Assembly: GCA_018580065.1 (NCBI GenBank)
Contig: GCA_018580065.1_4845.1
Strand: one strand, 5' to 3'
From: a phage
Length of the DNA: 46,716 nucleotides
The position numbers and the translations under genes were made by a program. The notes under the pieces are model-generated. The model did not search any database and was not told the DNA's origin. It saw only the letters and a list, made by a program, of their open reading frames with translations. Numbering within the stretch: position 1 is the stretch's first letter; each line of letters opens with the position of its first letter. This document shows, piece by piece, positions 5,788-15,780 of this stretch.

Positions 5788-5979
5788 ATGGCAAACATGT
5801 ACTACTGTATGTTCCGCAATACCGTGATTGATTTTCGTGATTGCGTTGATGCAATTGGTAATGCTGAGTCTATTGACGAGTTCAGCAATTCAGAACACAA
5901 GTCTGCCGAGCGCCTGTACCATCTGGCTAATGAGTACGTCGCATATTACGAGCAATTGTTAGAAGAAAGTGGTGAATGA
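5788..5979 (+). CDS. hypothetical acidic protein
   Basis: 63-aa ORF immediately following the previous gene. Confidence 0.6.
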   Translation: MANMYYCMFRNTVIDFRDCVDAIGNAESIDEFSNSEHKSAERLYHLANEYVAYYEQLLEESGE

Positions 5980-5980
5980 T

Positions 5981-6790
5981 ATGAAAACACTAAGCAAAAT
6001 CTATTCAGACAAAGAAACACGCAACGGCATCGCTGTTAACAAAACCTATCTCGTGCCAGTGGAGCAAATCTATCTGGAGCCGGGATATAACATCCGTGAA
6101 GCAGATGAGCAGCATGTTGAATATTTTGCGCAGTGCTGGGAGTCCGGCCAGCCATTACCAGCATTAACAGTTATTCCAGACGAGAAGGGAATCCGCATTC
6201 TTGATGGTCAGCATCGCTATCTCGGCGCATTGCGTGCCATTGAGCGCGGAGCACCAATCGTTCGAATTGAGTGCAAGGATTTCACTGGCGACGAGGCGGA
6301 CAAAATCGCCTTCATGGTGTCATCAAGTCAGGGTAAGCAGCTTGACCCGTTTGAGCGCGCAAAGGCTTACACGCGACTGAAAGGCTTCGGCTGGACGAAT
6401 GAAGAAATCGCAAAAAAGGTAGGGCGCTCAGTATCTGACGTGCAAATGCATCTGTCTCTTGGTGATGTTCCGGCGGAAGTAAAAGCGCGAATCAGCGCCG
6501 GGCAAATCAGCTATGCAAATGCCGTAGCAGTAACTCGTGAGCATGGTGACGATGCGGTAAAGGTTATCGACGAGGCGGTCGAGGAAGCCAAAGCGCAAGG
6601 TAAGGATAAGGTCACTGCGAAGGTGCTGAAGTCGAAAAAGATTAAGCCAGTAGACCGTCTGATTGAGTTATTGAAGCCAGCAGACCACGTGATTCTTCCT
6701 GCTGGTCATGTGGTGGCAGAGGATGAGGAATTTATCCAGATTCCTGTTGCTGACATTCACGAGGTTATGGCAATTCTGGAGAAGATGTGA
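5981..6790 (+). CDS. ParB-like N-terminal domain (ParB/Srx) protein with HTH
   Basis: YLEPGYNIRE and ILDGQHRYLGA motifs of the ParB N-terminal domain. WTNEEIAKKVGRSVSDV HTH. Confidence 0.8.
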   Translation: MKTLSKIYSDKETRNGIAVNKTYLVPVEQIYLEPGYNIREADEQHVEYFAQCWESGQPLPALTVIPDEKGIRILDGQHRYLGALRAIERGAPIVRIECKDFTGDEADKIAFMVSSSQGKQLDPFERAKAYTRLKGFGWTNEEIAKKVGRSVSDVQMHLSLGDVPAEVKARISAGQISYANAVAVTREHGDDAVKVIDEAVEEAKAQGKDKVTAKVLKSKKIKPVDRLIELLKPADHVILPAGHVVAEDEEFIQIPVADIHEVMAILEKM

Positions 6791-7281
6791 TGAACACAAC
6801 TAAAATAAATTGGGGTGATATTTTTCATTATGAAAATGGGGTGCTTAGGTGGAAGCACCAAAAAAGAAAAATGCTAAGTGGCTCTTTAGCTGGGACAATT
6901 GCAAATACAGGATATGTAATCATATGCGTTGATTACAAAAAATTCTTGGCTCACAGAATCATATGGGAGATGTTTAATGGACCAATCCCTGACGGGATGC
7001 AAATTGATCACATTAACCATATTCGTAATGATAACCGCATTGAAAACTTAAGGCTGGTAAGCCATATAGAGAACCATAGAAATCTTAGTAGGCAGAAAAA
7101 TAACAAATCAGGAAGAACTGGCGTTAGCTTTGACAGGAAGAGTGGGTTATGGAGGGCTTATGTATCAAAGATGCATATTGGTTTTTTTGCCAATAAAGAA
7201 GATGCAATATCCGCTAGAGAAAAAGCTGAAACTTCAACTGGGTATCACGAGAATCACGGAGTAAAAAGTGAACGTTTATGA
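6790..7281 (+). CDS. HNH homing endonuclease (HNH_3 plus AP2-like domain)
   Basis: LAHRIIWEMF...IDHINHIRNDNRIENLR...H..N motif, then GVSFD...WRAY AP2-like segment. AT-rich. Paralog of 17264-17749. Confidence 0.85.
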   Translation: MNTTKINWGDIFHYENGVLRWKHQKRKMLSGSLAGTIANTGYVIICVDYKKFLAHRIIWEMFNGPIPDGMQIDHINHIRNDNRIENLRLVSHIENHRNLSRQKNNKSGRTGVSFDRKSGLWRAYVSKMHIGFFANKEDAISAREKAETSTGYHENHGVKSERL

Positions 7282-7441
7282 TTTTCTCGTCAAGCAACTC
7301 CGCGCCAAGTTGCCTGACATTGACCAGATGGCAATTGATGCGGCGATTCAATATTACAAGCGCAATCAGAGCGCAAAGAAGGGTGGTATTTTTGAAGAAT
7401 GCCTGAAGGTTGCAAAACAGCACATGATTAAGGTGAAGTGA
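7268..7441 (+). CDS. hypothetical 57-aa protein (GTG start)
   Basis: Hand translation MNVYDFLVKQLRAKLPDIDQMAIDAAIQYYKRNQ... GGAG 7 nt upstream of the GTG. Stop overlaps the next ATG. Confidence 0.45.
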   Translation: MNVYDFLVKQLRAKLPDIDQMAIDAAIQYYKRNQSAKKGGIFEECLKVAKQHMIKVK

Positions 7442-7977
7442 TGAAACTAAAAATCAGCAAATTATTACTTGAGTCAGCATTAATATTTCAGGCGCGAAAC
7501 GATGTTCGCTACTACCTGAATGGCATCTGCTTCATGCCTGATGGTCGTATTGTCTCAACTGACGGTCATCGCGCATTCATTGGTGGCAGCCATGACAACA
7601 AGCTGACAGAGAATGTGATTATCAAGATGGTAAAGTCGCCAACAAAGCGATATGAATACGCCATAATTGATACCAAGTCGAAAATTGCAACGTATCATGA
7701 TGAAGCTGGCGTGATGGTTGGTACTGGTATCTGCGAAGAGATTGATGGTCGATTCCCTGATATTGATCGCGTCATTCCTAAGCAGACCTTGCCAACAGAG
7801 GAAATTGGCTTCAATGCTGGTTACCTTGTGGATATCGAGAAAGTGGCGAAGCTGTTTAACCCTAAATTCTGTGGGGTTAAGTTTGAACTGAATGGAAACA
7901 CAAATGCCGCAGTTTGCTGTCTTATCGCGCCATCTGGCGAGGCGGCGAAGATTGTTGTTATGCCTATGCGTCTGTAG
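7441..7977 (+). CDS. truncated DNA polymerase III beta-clamp (DnaN)-like protein
   Basis: Motifs VRYYLNG, STDGHR, DGRFPDIDRVIP, IGFNAGY and C-terminal VVMPMRL match E. coli DnaN domains II-III. Only 178 aa. Confidence 0.8.
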   Translation: MKLKISKLLLESALIFQARNDVRYYLNGICFMPDGRIVSTDGHRAFIGGSHDNKLTENVIIKMVKSPTKRYEYAIIDTKSKIATYHDEAGVMVGTGICEEIDGRFPDIDRVIPKQTLPTEEIGFNAGYLVDIEKVAKLFNPKFCGVKFELNGNTNAAVCCLIAPSGEAAKIVVMPMRL

Positions 7978-7981
7978 CAAT

Positions 7982-8010
7982 AAAAAACCCGCATAATGCG
8001 GGTTTTGTTT
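7982..8010. terminator. rho-independent terminator
   Basis: Stem ACCCGC/GCGGGT, loop ATAAT, flanked by an A-run and a T-run. Between convergent genes. Confidence 0.8.
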
Positions 8011-8206
8011 ACTCTGCTTTCTTTTTCTTTGTCGTCTTTTGTTGTGGTGTTGCGACTTCGAAAGACTTTTCCAGTTCTGGCATGATGCGCAATTTTGGTA
8101 GCAGATGCTCGTCTGGTTCGGTAATCACTTCGCCAAGCTGCAACTCACGAATCTTGCCTTTCTCTTTAACAAAGATTCCGCGTGCGATGACTTCGTATTT
8201 GGCCAT
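8009..8206 (-). CDS. hypothetical protein downstream of major capsid gene
   Basis: 65-aa ORF, GAGGTG RBS, lysine-rich C-terminus. Confidence 0.6.
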   Translation of the reverse strand: MAKYEVIARGIFVKEKGKIRELQLGEVITEPDEHLLPKLRIMPELEKSFEVATPQQKTTKKKKAE

Positions 8207-8224
8207 TATTCACCTCAAATTTAT

Positions 8225-8246
8225 AAAGGGGCTTTCGCCCCTTTTT
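8225..8246. terminator. stem-loop immediately after the capsid gene (attenuator/terminator)
   Basis: AAAGGGGC-TTTC-GCCCCTTT hairpin. The T-run is on the plus strand only, so termination on the minus strand is probably partial. Confidence 0.5.
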
Positions 8247-8247
8247 A

Positions 8248-9320
8248 TTACTGCGGAGTTTGCGTACCGTAGCCGTTAAATACTTTCGAACGACCAGCGA
8301 AATCCTTGCGTATCTGGATTCCGTAAGCAGACCATACCATAAAGTTAAAGTTATCGTGCGGGTTGACACGGGCTGCTGCGTAGGTGGAAACAGGCTGAGC
8401 AACACGCGGGCGGATGTACATGTCGTTGCGAACGTAGCCAACGAAATGGTTACCAGTCAGCAGGAAGTTGGTGCCAATCTTGCCGATGCGACCATTACCA
8501 AACTGCGTGATGTACTGCTCAACAGTGCCGCCTTTGAAACCTGCTGCATCAGAATACGGACGCATGAAGCTGCGACGCACTGCCGGGGAAACCCACAGGG
8601 TCACCTGCTCAAATACGTTCTGCGCATCCAGAATAGCCTGGAAATCCTGATTGAAGAAGGTCACGATTTCGTCTGGCGTTGCAGTTTGCAGGTCGATATT
8701 AAGGCCGCCGGAAGCATTCAGGTTAACCTGAACAGTGTTCGGGTGGTTGGTGATACCGTAACCAGTGTAAACGCCGTTCACGTTCAGAGTCTGGTCGCCA
8801 GTCAGCAGATACTGCGCCATGTCGGAACGCAGGTTGAAGGTGACGTTGGCCTGATCGTCCAGCAGTGGGTCGAAGCCTTCAGACTGCATACCCAGCAGTT
8901 CGCGCCATTCGCGGCTGTAGCCAGTCTTGAAGATTGGAATCACATCACCAGTGTAATCGTAGCGAGTTTTATCCAAATCTTCCGGTTCCTGACCAGACAG
9001 AGTGCGGACAACCTTGCCAGCATCGGAAGCAATGCGGCTGATTGCCACAGTCTTACCAATGTTGATGTTTGCCGCGATACCCATCAGGTCAGCCATCATG
9101 TCCTGACCAGCTTCATTGCGGAAAACTCGGGTGGTCACGTTATCCACGTCGCGCCAGTAATCTTTCGTTACCAGTGCGGTAGCGTTCACACCGTAAGTTT
9201 TCGCCAGTTCAGCTTCTGCATTGCAGAACACCTTACGGTCGATGGTGAGATGTTTCCACTGGTCAGCCACCACTGCGGAGTTGGCTACCAAATCTTTGGT
9301 AAAAATAATCTTTTCCATCA

Positions 9321-9321
<1 letters not shown>
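8248..9321 (-). CDS. major capsid protein
   Basis: 357-aa ORF between the decoration/scaffold genes and a post-gene hairpin. Strong codon regularity, which also generates a long antisense ORF. Assignment by position. Confidence 0.8.
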
Positions 9322-11200
<1,879 letters not shown>

Positions 11201-11216
11201 GGTTAACTCTCCACGG

Positions 11217-11339
11217 TTAGTTTGTGGTCGAATTATAACACAGGGAGATGTAGCACCATGAGGCGGTAGCCAGTGCAAATAATGGCGAATCGGTGAGTGC
11301 GTAGAGTGTGAGAAAGTAAGTGATAGGGATTATGTTCAT
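11217..11339 (-). CDS. 40-aa hydrophobic peptide
   Basis: Hand translation MNIIPITYFLTLYALTDSPLFALATASWCYISLCYNSTTN. AGGAGG RBS. Confidence 0.45.
   Translation of the reverse strand: MNIIPITYFLTLYALTDSPLFALATASWCYISLCYNSTTN
11232..11240 (-). promoter_or_regulatory. late-type extended -10 promoter (TGTTATAAT)
   Basis: Reverse complement CTGTGTTATAAT, about 32 nt upstream of the scaffold/protease ATG (11200). Confidence 0.45.
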
Positions 11340-11394
11340 GGGCTACCTCCTGATTAAATGATAGCAGCCCATGATGAATAAAAGATATACGGTG

Positions 11395-11541
11395 TTAGTC
11401 TGAAATTACATCATCCATGAATGCGAGAGCAGCACCTGTAAGACAAAACAGAGCGCCATAGCAAATCATCTGGTACAGAGTGTCAGCCTCAAATACCCTT
11501 GCGAATGCGTATGCTGATAATATCCACAGTAATGGAATCAT
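11395..11541 (-). CDS. 48-aa membrane peptide
   Basis: ATGA overlap with the upstream gene. Hand translation MIPLLWILSAYAFARVF...GALFCLTGAALAF. Confidence 0.45.
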   Translation of the reverse strand: MIPLLWILSAYAFARVFEADTLYQMICYGALFCLTGAALAFMDDVISD

Positions 11542-11726
11542 GGTCTACCCCTGTTTTCTTTGTAGAGTGCATCGCAGATTTTTTGATACTCCCTCTGAAA
11601 CCAGTCTATGTTCCTGTTGTAATCACTGCCTATTGCCTCAATCTTCTTTGTCGCCATTGCACTTGCTGCATTAATCAATGCAACCTGAACCTCAACAGGC
11701 AGCTCTGGAAATTTTGGGGTGTTCAT
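11538..11726 (-). CDS. hypothetical protein
   Basis: 62-aa ORF in a tightly coupled leftward operon. Confidence 0.6.
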   Translation of the reverse strand: MNTPKFPELPVEVQVALINAASAMATKKIEAIGSDYNRNIDWFQREYQKICDALYKENRGRP

Positions 11727-12049
11727 AACCCAGACTCCTGTTTTGCGCGATGCACGTATGACATAAACTTGCCAATCGGCATTTCCTTGCGGATTTGCGC
11801 CAGAATTGCTCCATGCAACATCCTTTCCTCACCAAAATACAGTTTATCAAGACGAGTTTTGATGAGTGCTCGCGTGCGCTTCATGTGGTCGCGCGCCTTA
11901 AGTGCCTTCTCATGCCAGATGCGGTCATTCTTCTTATCCGCATATTGAAGTTGGCGCTCAACGGTTTCGATTTCAAACGCAAGTTGCATGTCATAATCCT
12001 CAAGCTGAATGATGTCTGCTTTCATGATGTCGTTCAGTTGGATAATCAT
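11723..12049 (-). CDS. hypothetical coiled-coil protein
   Basis: 108-aa ORF, overlapping stop/start on both sides. Confidence 0.65.
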   Translation of the reverse strand: MIIQLNDIMKADIIQLEDYDMQLAFEIETVERQLQYADKKNDRIWHEKALKARDHMKRTRALIKTRLDKLYFGEERMLHGAILAQIRKEMPIGKFMSYVHRAKQESGL

Positions 12050-12438
12050 TTTTTCACCTTTAGTCCTGCACTGATAATTGCTTTCTCTGTCGCCATGACG
12101 CCATCGTTATAGCCTTGAGTCCATTCGTTATCATTATCACCGTCTCCGCATAGCCACGGCGTTGCAACTTCAATTGCTGCACGGGATGCCTGCCACGCCA
12201 TCCATGCAAGGTTTGTTTGATGGCATTTGTACTGCTGGTCATCCCATTCTGTCATTGGGTACTCCGTGCGCCATAAATCAAAGCCTGTTTCTTCCTTAAT
12301 CCACTCCTCAAACTGCTCTCTACTCGTCATCTTCACTTCCTCCACTATCCAGCCCATCTTTCTACGGTTATTGGCAATAAACTCATCCGATGTTACAAAC
12401 AGAGTTCTGCCTGATTTATGCTTAATAGCCCATCTCAT
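12046..12438 (-). CDS. hypothetical protein
   Basis: 130-aa ORF, coupled. Confidence 0.65.
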   Translation of the reverse strand: MRWAIKHKSGRTLFVTSDEFIANNRRKMGWIVEEVKMTSREQFEEWIKEETGFDLWRTEYPMTEWDDQQYKCHQTNLAWMAWQASRAAIEVATPWLCGDGDNDNEWTQGYNDGVMATEKAIISAGLKVKK

Positions 12439-12597
12439 TTAGTACATCCTCAGCAAGTTTGCGGAACATGATTTGCACTCTTGCCACCTTGCGCCACTCA
12501 GCCTCGGTGAGAATCACATCTTCCTGCCGCGGCATTCCTGACATTTCGCATGGCGGTAATGGCTCATACTCTTGCTTCTTGCGTTTGGACTTCCCCA
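12421..12597 (-). CDS. hypothetical 58-aa protein
   Basis: Hand translation MGKSKRKKQEYEPLPPCEMSG... AAGAGG RBS. Overlaps both neighbours. Confidence 0.4.
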
Positions 12598-13052
12598 TGA
12601 TGACCTCTTACATTGCGAAGAAGTGAATTAAACAGATTGCCGACGTTAACCTCCTGCTCACTCCATGAATAACGCCATATCTTCTTGTGGTGGTCATAGC
12701 TTCGCGTTACATCGCCGTTATGAAACATGATGCGAATGCGGCTTTTCACGATGCGGTAATCAATACCAGTGGCGGCGCTAATCTCTTTCACCTCTGCGCC
12801 AGCGTTATCAAGCATGTGGCACTTAATCGCATCATCAATACCTGCCGCATCATCAGATATAAAATATTTATACTGCCACTTCCCGCCACGAATCACTGAC
12901 TTCTCGCGGCGAATAAAGCCAAGCGCAAGCATCTCATGCAAACGATGCGTTGTGGTGCTTGAATGCTTTCCTCTGCAATGCTCCTCAATGTATGCACGCG
13001 TTGCGCCGGGATGCATCATAATCACGCGCATGATTTGCGATTTATAATCCAT
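12564..13052 (-). CDS. putative winged-helix DNA-binding protein
   Basis: 162 aa. N-terminal IMRVIMMHPGATRAYIEEH...LHEMLALGFIRRE resembles a MarR-type wHTH. Confidence 0.6.
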   Translation of the reverse strand: MDYKSQIMRVIMMHPGATRAYIEEHCRGKHSSTTTHRLHEMLALGFIRREKSVIRGGKWQYKYFISDDAAGIDDAIKCHMLDNAGAEVKEISAATGIDYRIVKSRIRIMFHNGDVTRSYDHHKKIWRYSWSEQEVNVGNLFNSLLRNVRGHHGEVQTQEARV

Positions 13053-13290
13053 GAGCGCGCTCCTCTACTGCCTGATTAAAGTCTTCGGCGATGTACAGAT
13101 GTCCGTTGCGGGTGTTCCATTTTTTAATTATGACTGATTTCTGTTGATACAAATCAGTTGCAATGCCACACCCCAAGCAAACAATTTGCGATAATCCATC
13201 CTCTCTATCCATTGTCGCATCTCCGCTACCACAGAACGGGCACTCAAGCAATCCTTCATCATTCATCATCGGCATATGTGGTGCGCTCAT
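13042..13290 (-). CDS. Lar-family restriction alleviation-like zinc-ribbon protein
   Basis: LLECPFCGSG...CLGCG...KKWNTR pattern typical of the Lar family. ATGA coupling at 13287-13290. Confidence 0.6.
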   Translation of the reverse strand: MSAPHMPMMNDEGLLECPFCGSGDATMDREDGLSQIVCLGCGIATDLYQQKSVIIKKWNTRNGHLYIAEDFNQAVEERAHGL

Positions 13291-13481
13291 TTCAACCATT
13301 CTCCAATGTTGTTAAATTTAGGCGCATCGCCAGACCAGTCGATGACATCTCTTTGCTGACTGCGCTTGCGTTGCAGACGGTTTCGCACCTCTCGCAGCTC
13401 ACATTCAAGCCATTCACGAGTGCGCTCAACTTCATTCAGTCGCCGGATTAGCGATTGTTCGTACAGTTCGTCATGCGCCAT
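13287..13481 (-). CDS. hypothetical coiled-coil protein
   Basis: 64-aa ORF. Confidence 0.55.
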   Translation of the reverse strand: MAHDELYEQSLIRRLNEVERTREWLECELREVRNRLQRKRSQQRDVIDWSGDAPKFNNIGEWLK

Positions 13482-13541
13482 TTGTAATTTCTCCCGTAGA
13501 ACTTAATAACAACGTGCTCAACGCACAGATAACCTTCGTCT

Positions 13542-13739
13542 TCAACCGTTACTGGTTGAACTATAAACCACCGCAGATATAAGTTCGTCAGCCTTTTCAC
13601 GACCAGCAACCTCCGCTTCAAGCGCCAGTGAACACATGGCAGTTTCCACATACTTAATGGTGTCCTCGCGTACGTTAAGTATTTCCATAACCTCGCGCAC
13701 CTCTTTCTGATATCTCGCTGCTATTTCTTTGTATCGCAT
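13542..13739 (-). CDS. hypothetical early protein
   Basis: Start MRYKEIAARY at 13739, preceded by AAAGGTGA. First gene of the leftward operon. Confidence 0.55.
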   Translation of the reverse strand: MRYKEIAARYQKEVREVMEILNVREDTIKYVETAMCSLALEAEVAGREKADELISAVVYSSTSNG

Positions 13740-13750
13740 TTCCACATCAC

Positions 13751-13814
13751 CTTTTACGTTGTGGTACAATCTACGTCAATAAGTATTGACTATGTGACGT
13801 AGAAACGTCAAGAT
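13751..13814. promoter_or_regulatory. divergent promoter pair with TGACGTAGA motifs
   Basis: Minus strand: TTGACG (13779..13774)-17-TAAAAG. Plus strand: TTGACT 13786-13791-17-CAAGAT. Motif copies at 13768-13778 (minus) and 13795-13805 (plus). Confidence 0.5.
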
Positions 13815-13837
13815 GTTTTCGAGAAGGAGTAGTAAAT

Positions 13838-14032
13838 ATGCCAAGACCACGACGCGAGCCGATGGACATTATCACCAGCATTGTGGAGAAGCGGCAGCCG
13901 CTGACACTCCGTGATGTTCGCTACTTTGCCCGTTGCTATGTGGCACTGGCTGATATGCCTAAAGATGAGATGTACCAGATGATTCGTGAGAATTTTAATG
14001 TTGATGAAAATAACCGGGTGACGATGAAATGA
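13838..14032 (+). CDS. hypothetical protein
   Basis: 64-aa ORF, GAAGGAG RBS. Confidence 0.65.
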   Translation: MPRPRREPMDIITSIVEKRQPLTLRDVRYFARCYVALADMPKDEMYQMIRENFNVDENNRVTMK

Positions 14033-14613
14033 AAAAATGGAAATATCTGAAAGGCTGTGAGGATGATTTTGCTGGCCATGACACGGCTTATCTTGTAGTT
14101 AAGTCAGGAAGTACTGGTGAGATTTTCTATCTAAGCATAGATTATGCTGGTCGCATTGAAGTGATTGAGGGTTGCGGGGATGTTGTTATTGCATACCGCG
14201 AGCCAATTACCGACGAGCAAGACCTCAATGATTGCATTGGTGCGCCGGAAGCAGATTTGAATCGAGGTGGCTTTATTCCCAACACCACATTTGTTGGCGG
14301 TTTCCTGCCTGAAGGATATCCGACCTTTGGTCACACCAATTGCCGATGCAAGTCAGTTAAAGTTGGCGAGACTCACATCGACGGGAAATGCCATGAGGCG
14401 CAACTTGGAAACAAATACCTGCACGAAATTAAGCCTGGTGTATTTGTTGACGTGTACGATGTGCTCATGGCGTGGAATGTCACAAATCCAGCGCTGCAGC
14501 ATCTGATTAAAAAGGCACTGCAGCCAGGCGAGCGCGGACACAAATCACGCGAACAGGATTTACAGGACATCATTGATAGCGCAATTCGCGCAAAAGAACT
14601 GGAGATTAAATAA
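14029..14613 (+). CDS. hypothetical protein with DUF3310-like C-terminal region
   Basis: 194 aa. The C-terminal VDVYDVLMAWNV...LIKKAL.PGERGHK...DLQD pattern resembles DUF3310. A central GHTNCRC motif is noted. Confidence 0.6.
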   Translation: MKKWKYLKGCEDDFAGHDTAYLVVKSGSTGEIFYLSIDYAGRIEVIEGCGDVVIAYREPITDEQDLNDCIGAPEADLNRGGFIPNTTFVGGFLPEGYPTFGHTNCRCKSVKVGETHIDGKCHEAQLGNKYLHEIKPGVFVDVYDVLMAWNVTNPALQHLIKKALQPGERGHKSREQDLQDIIDSAIRAKELEIK

Positions 14614-14921
14614 TGGCATTCTGCGACATCACCATCGCGCAACGAAACGCGAACTTTACCAACATTGCTGACACATCAGCGCAGCTGGTATCACTGAATA
14701 GCGACGGCAGTGCGGTGCTGAAAATCGGCACCGAAACAGCGCAATTCATTGTGCAGAATCTGTCACAGGCGAATGCAAAGCAGGTGCTGATTAGCACTGG
14801 CAGCGTGCTGTTTCTGGCTGGTAATTACAATGCGCCGAACCTTGAATGTTCACTGGTGCGCATCGTTGAAGCTGCGGTTGAGGAATCTGTTGATGAGCCA
14901 ACAACATTGCCAGCAGAGTGA
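14613..14921 (+). CDS. hypothetical protein
   Basis: 102-aa ORF, ATG overlapping the upstream stop. Confidence 0.6.
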   Translation: MAFCDITIAQRNANFTNIADTSAQLVSLNSDGSAVLKIGTETAQFIVQNLSQANAKQVLISTGSVLFLAGNYNAPNLECSLVRIVEAAVEESVDEPTTLPAE

Positions 14922-15048
14922 GCCACCAAAACCATCTGCATGGTGTGAGCAAATGGAACGCAATGCGAAGGATGGTGATGAGGCTTATACTTATTTCCAG
15001 CTGAAGCAAATGTGGAAGCAGAGAGAAAGTTCAGAGCAAGCCACTTAA
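14893..15048 (+). CDS. hypothetical 51-aa protein
   Basis: ATG 14893 after a GAGGA RBS. Followed by a terminator. Confidence 0.4.
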   Translation: MSQQHCQQSEPPKPSAWCEQMERNAKDGDEAYTYFQLKQMWKQRESSEQAT

Positions 15049-15053
15049 ACACA

Positions 15054-15076
15054 AGCCCCTTCACGGGGCTTTTTTA
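15054..15076. terminator. rho-independent terminator between convergent operons
   Basis: Stem GCCCC/GGGGC, loop TTCAC, T6 run. Confidence 0.8.
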
Positions 15077-15319
15077 TTGGAAGTTGTCACGATACCATCC
15101 CTGCCAATCGTAAATAGTCATCTTCCTTTTGGTAGCGCACTCCGTATTCTGGTTTTCTATAACAATGCTCTCATCGCTGTTTTTCGGTGCCACTTTCGAC
15201 AATTCGCACACCTCCCCCAACATTTCTGCTGACGGCTGAGTCTGCGTTGAGAGCTGATTGGCGCAACCGGATATAGTCATCATCAAAAGTGCAAACGGTA
15301 CGGTTCTGGTCGGAGACAT
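15074..15319 (-). CDS. o-spanin (Rz1-like outer membrane lipoprotein), overlapped architecture
   Basis: Lipobox LMMTISG-C after a hydrophobic leader. Starts inside the i-spanin gene in another frame and extends beyond it. Confidence 0.7.
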   Translation of the reverse strand: MSPTRTVPFALLMMTISGCANQLSTQTQPSAEMLGEVCELSKVAPKNSDESIVIENQNTECATKRKMTIYDWQGWYRDNFQ

Positions 15320-15560
15320 ATTTCACCACATCGCGATAAATGGTTTTGTATTTAGTTTCGGTCACCACGCGCACCTGTTGGGATTGCGCGGTTGACTTTG
15401 CCTGTTTGTTTTCTGCGTTCTGTTTGCGCTTGGCGGCATCAAGATTGACCTTATCACTATGAGCATACCATCCTTTCAGGTAGCCAGCGCCAAATAATAG
15501 CGAACCAATAGCAATGCCGGTCAATAGCAGAATTATAATTAATTTAACTTTTACCATCAT
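15171..15560 (-). CDS. i-spanin (Rz-like)
   Basis: N-terminal TM (LIIILLLTGIAIGSLLFGAG), then a charged coiled-coil periplasmic domain. Position after the holin. Confidence 0.75.
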   Translation of the reverse strand: MMVKVKLIIILLLTGIAIGSLLFGAGYLKGWYAHSDKVNLDAAKRKQNAENKQAKSTAQSQQVRVVTETKYKTIYRDVVKYVSDQNRTVCTFDDDYIRLRQSALNADSAVSRNVGGGVRIVESGTEKQR

Positions 15561-15780
15561 TGCGCAGCCTCCGGTTTTCCTTCCTCATGCCGTGCATCTT
15601 GCCGAGAATACCAACCAGCATGATTGAATAGCTCACACCTTTGACCACGATTGGCGGCAGCGCTGCTTTCAGGTCGTCCGGCATCATTACCCACACATGC
15701 ATCATTGCGTCAGGCCATAGTTGCAACAGTGAGCAGAACGAAATCCACGCGCCGAGCAGCCAGTTGCTTAGCTTTTTCAT
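15544..15780 (-). CDS. holin (two TM, class II-like)
   Basis: 78 aa, two hydrophobic segments, highly charged C-terminus RKENRRLRNDGKS. Adjacent to the endolysin. Confidence 0.75.
   Translation of the reverse strand: MKKLSNWLLGAWISFCSLLQLWPDAMMHVWVMMPDDLKAALPPIVVKGVSYSIMLVGILGKMHGMRKENRRLRNDGKS

Noticed and set aside
11515-11525. DnaA-box-like ATATCCACA.
   Set aside because: It is a single copy with one mismatch, inside a coding region and far from the iteron/AT-rich region. Most likely chance.
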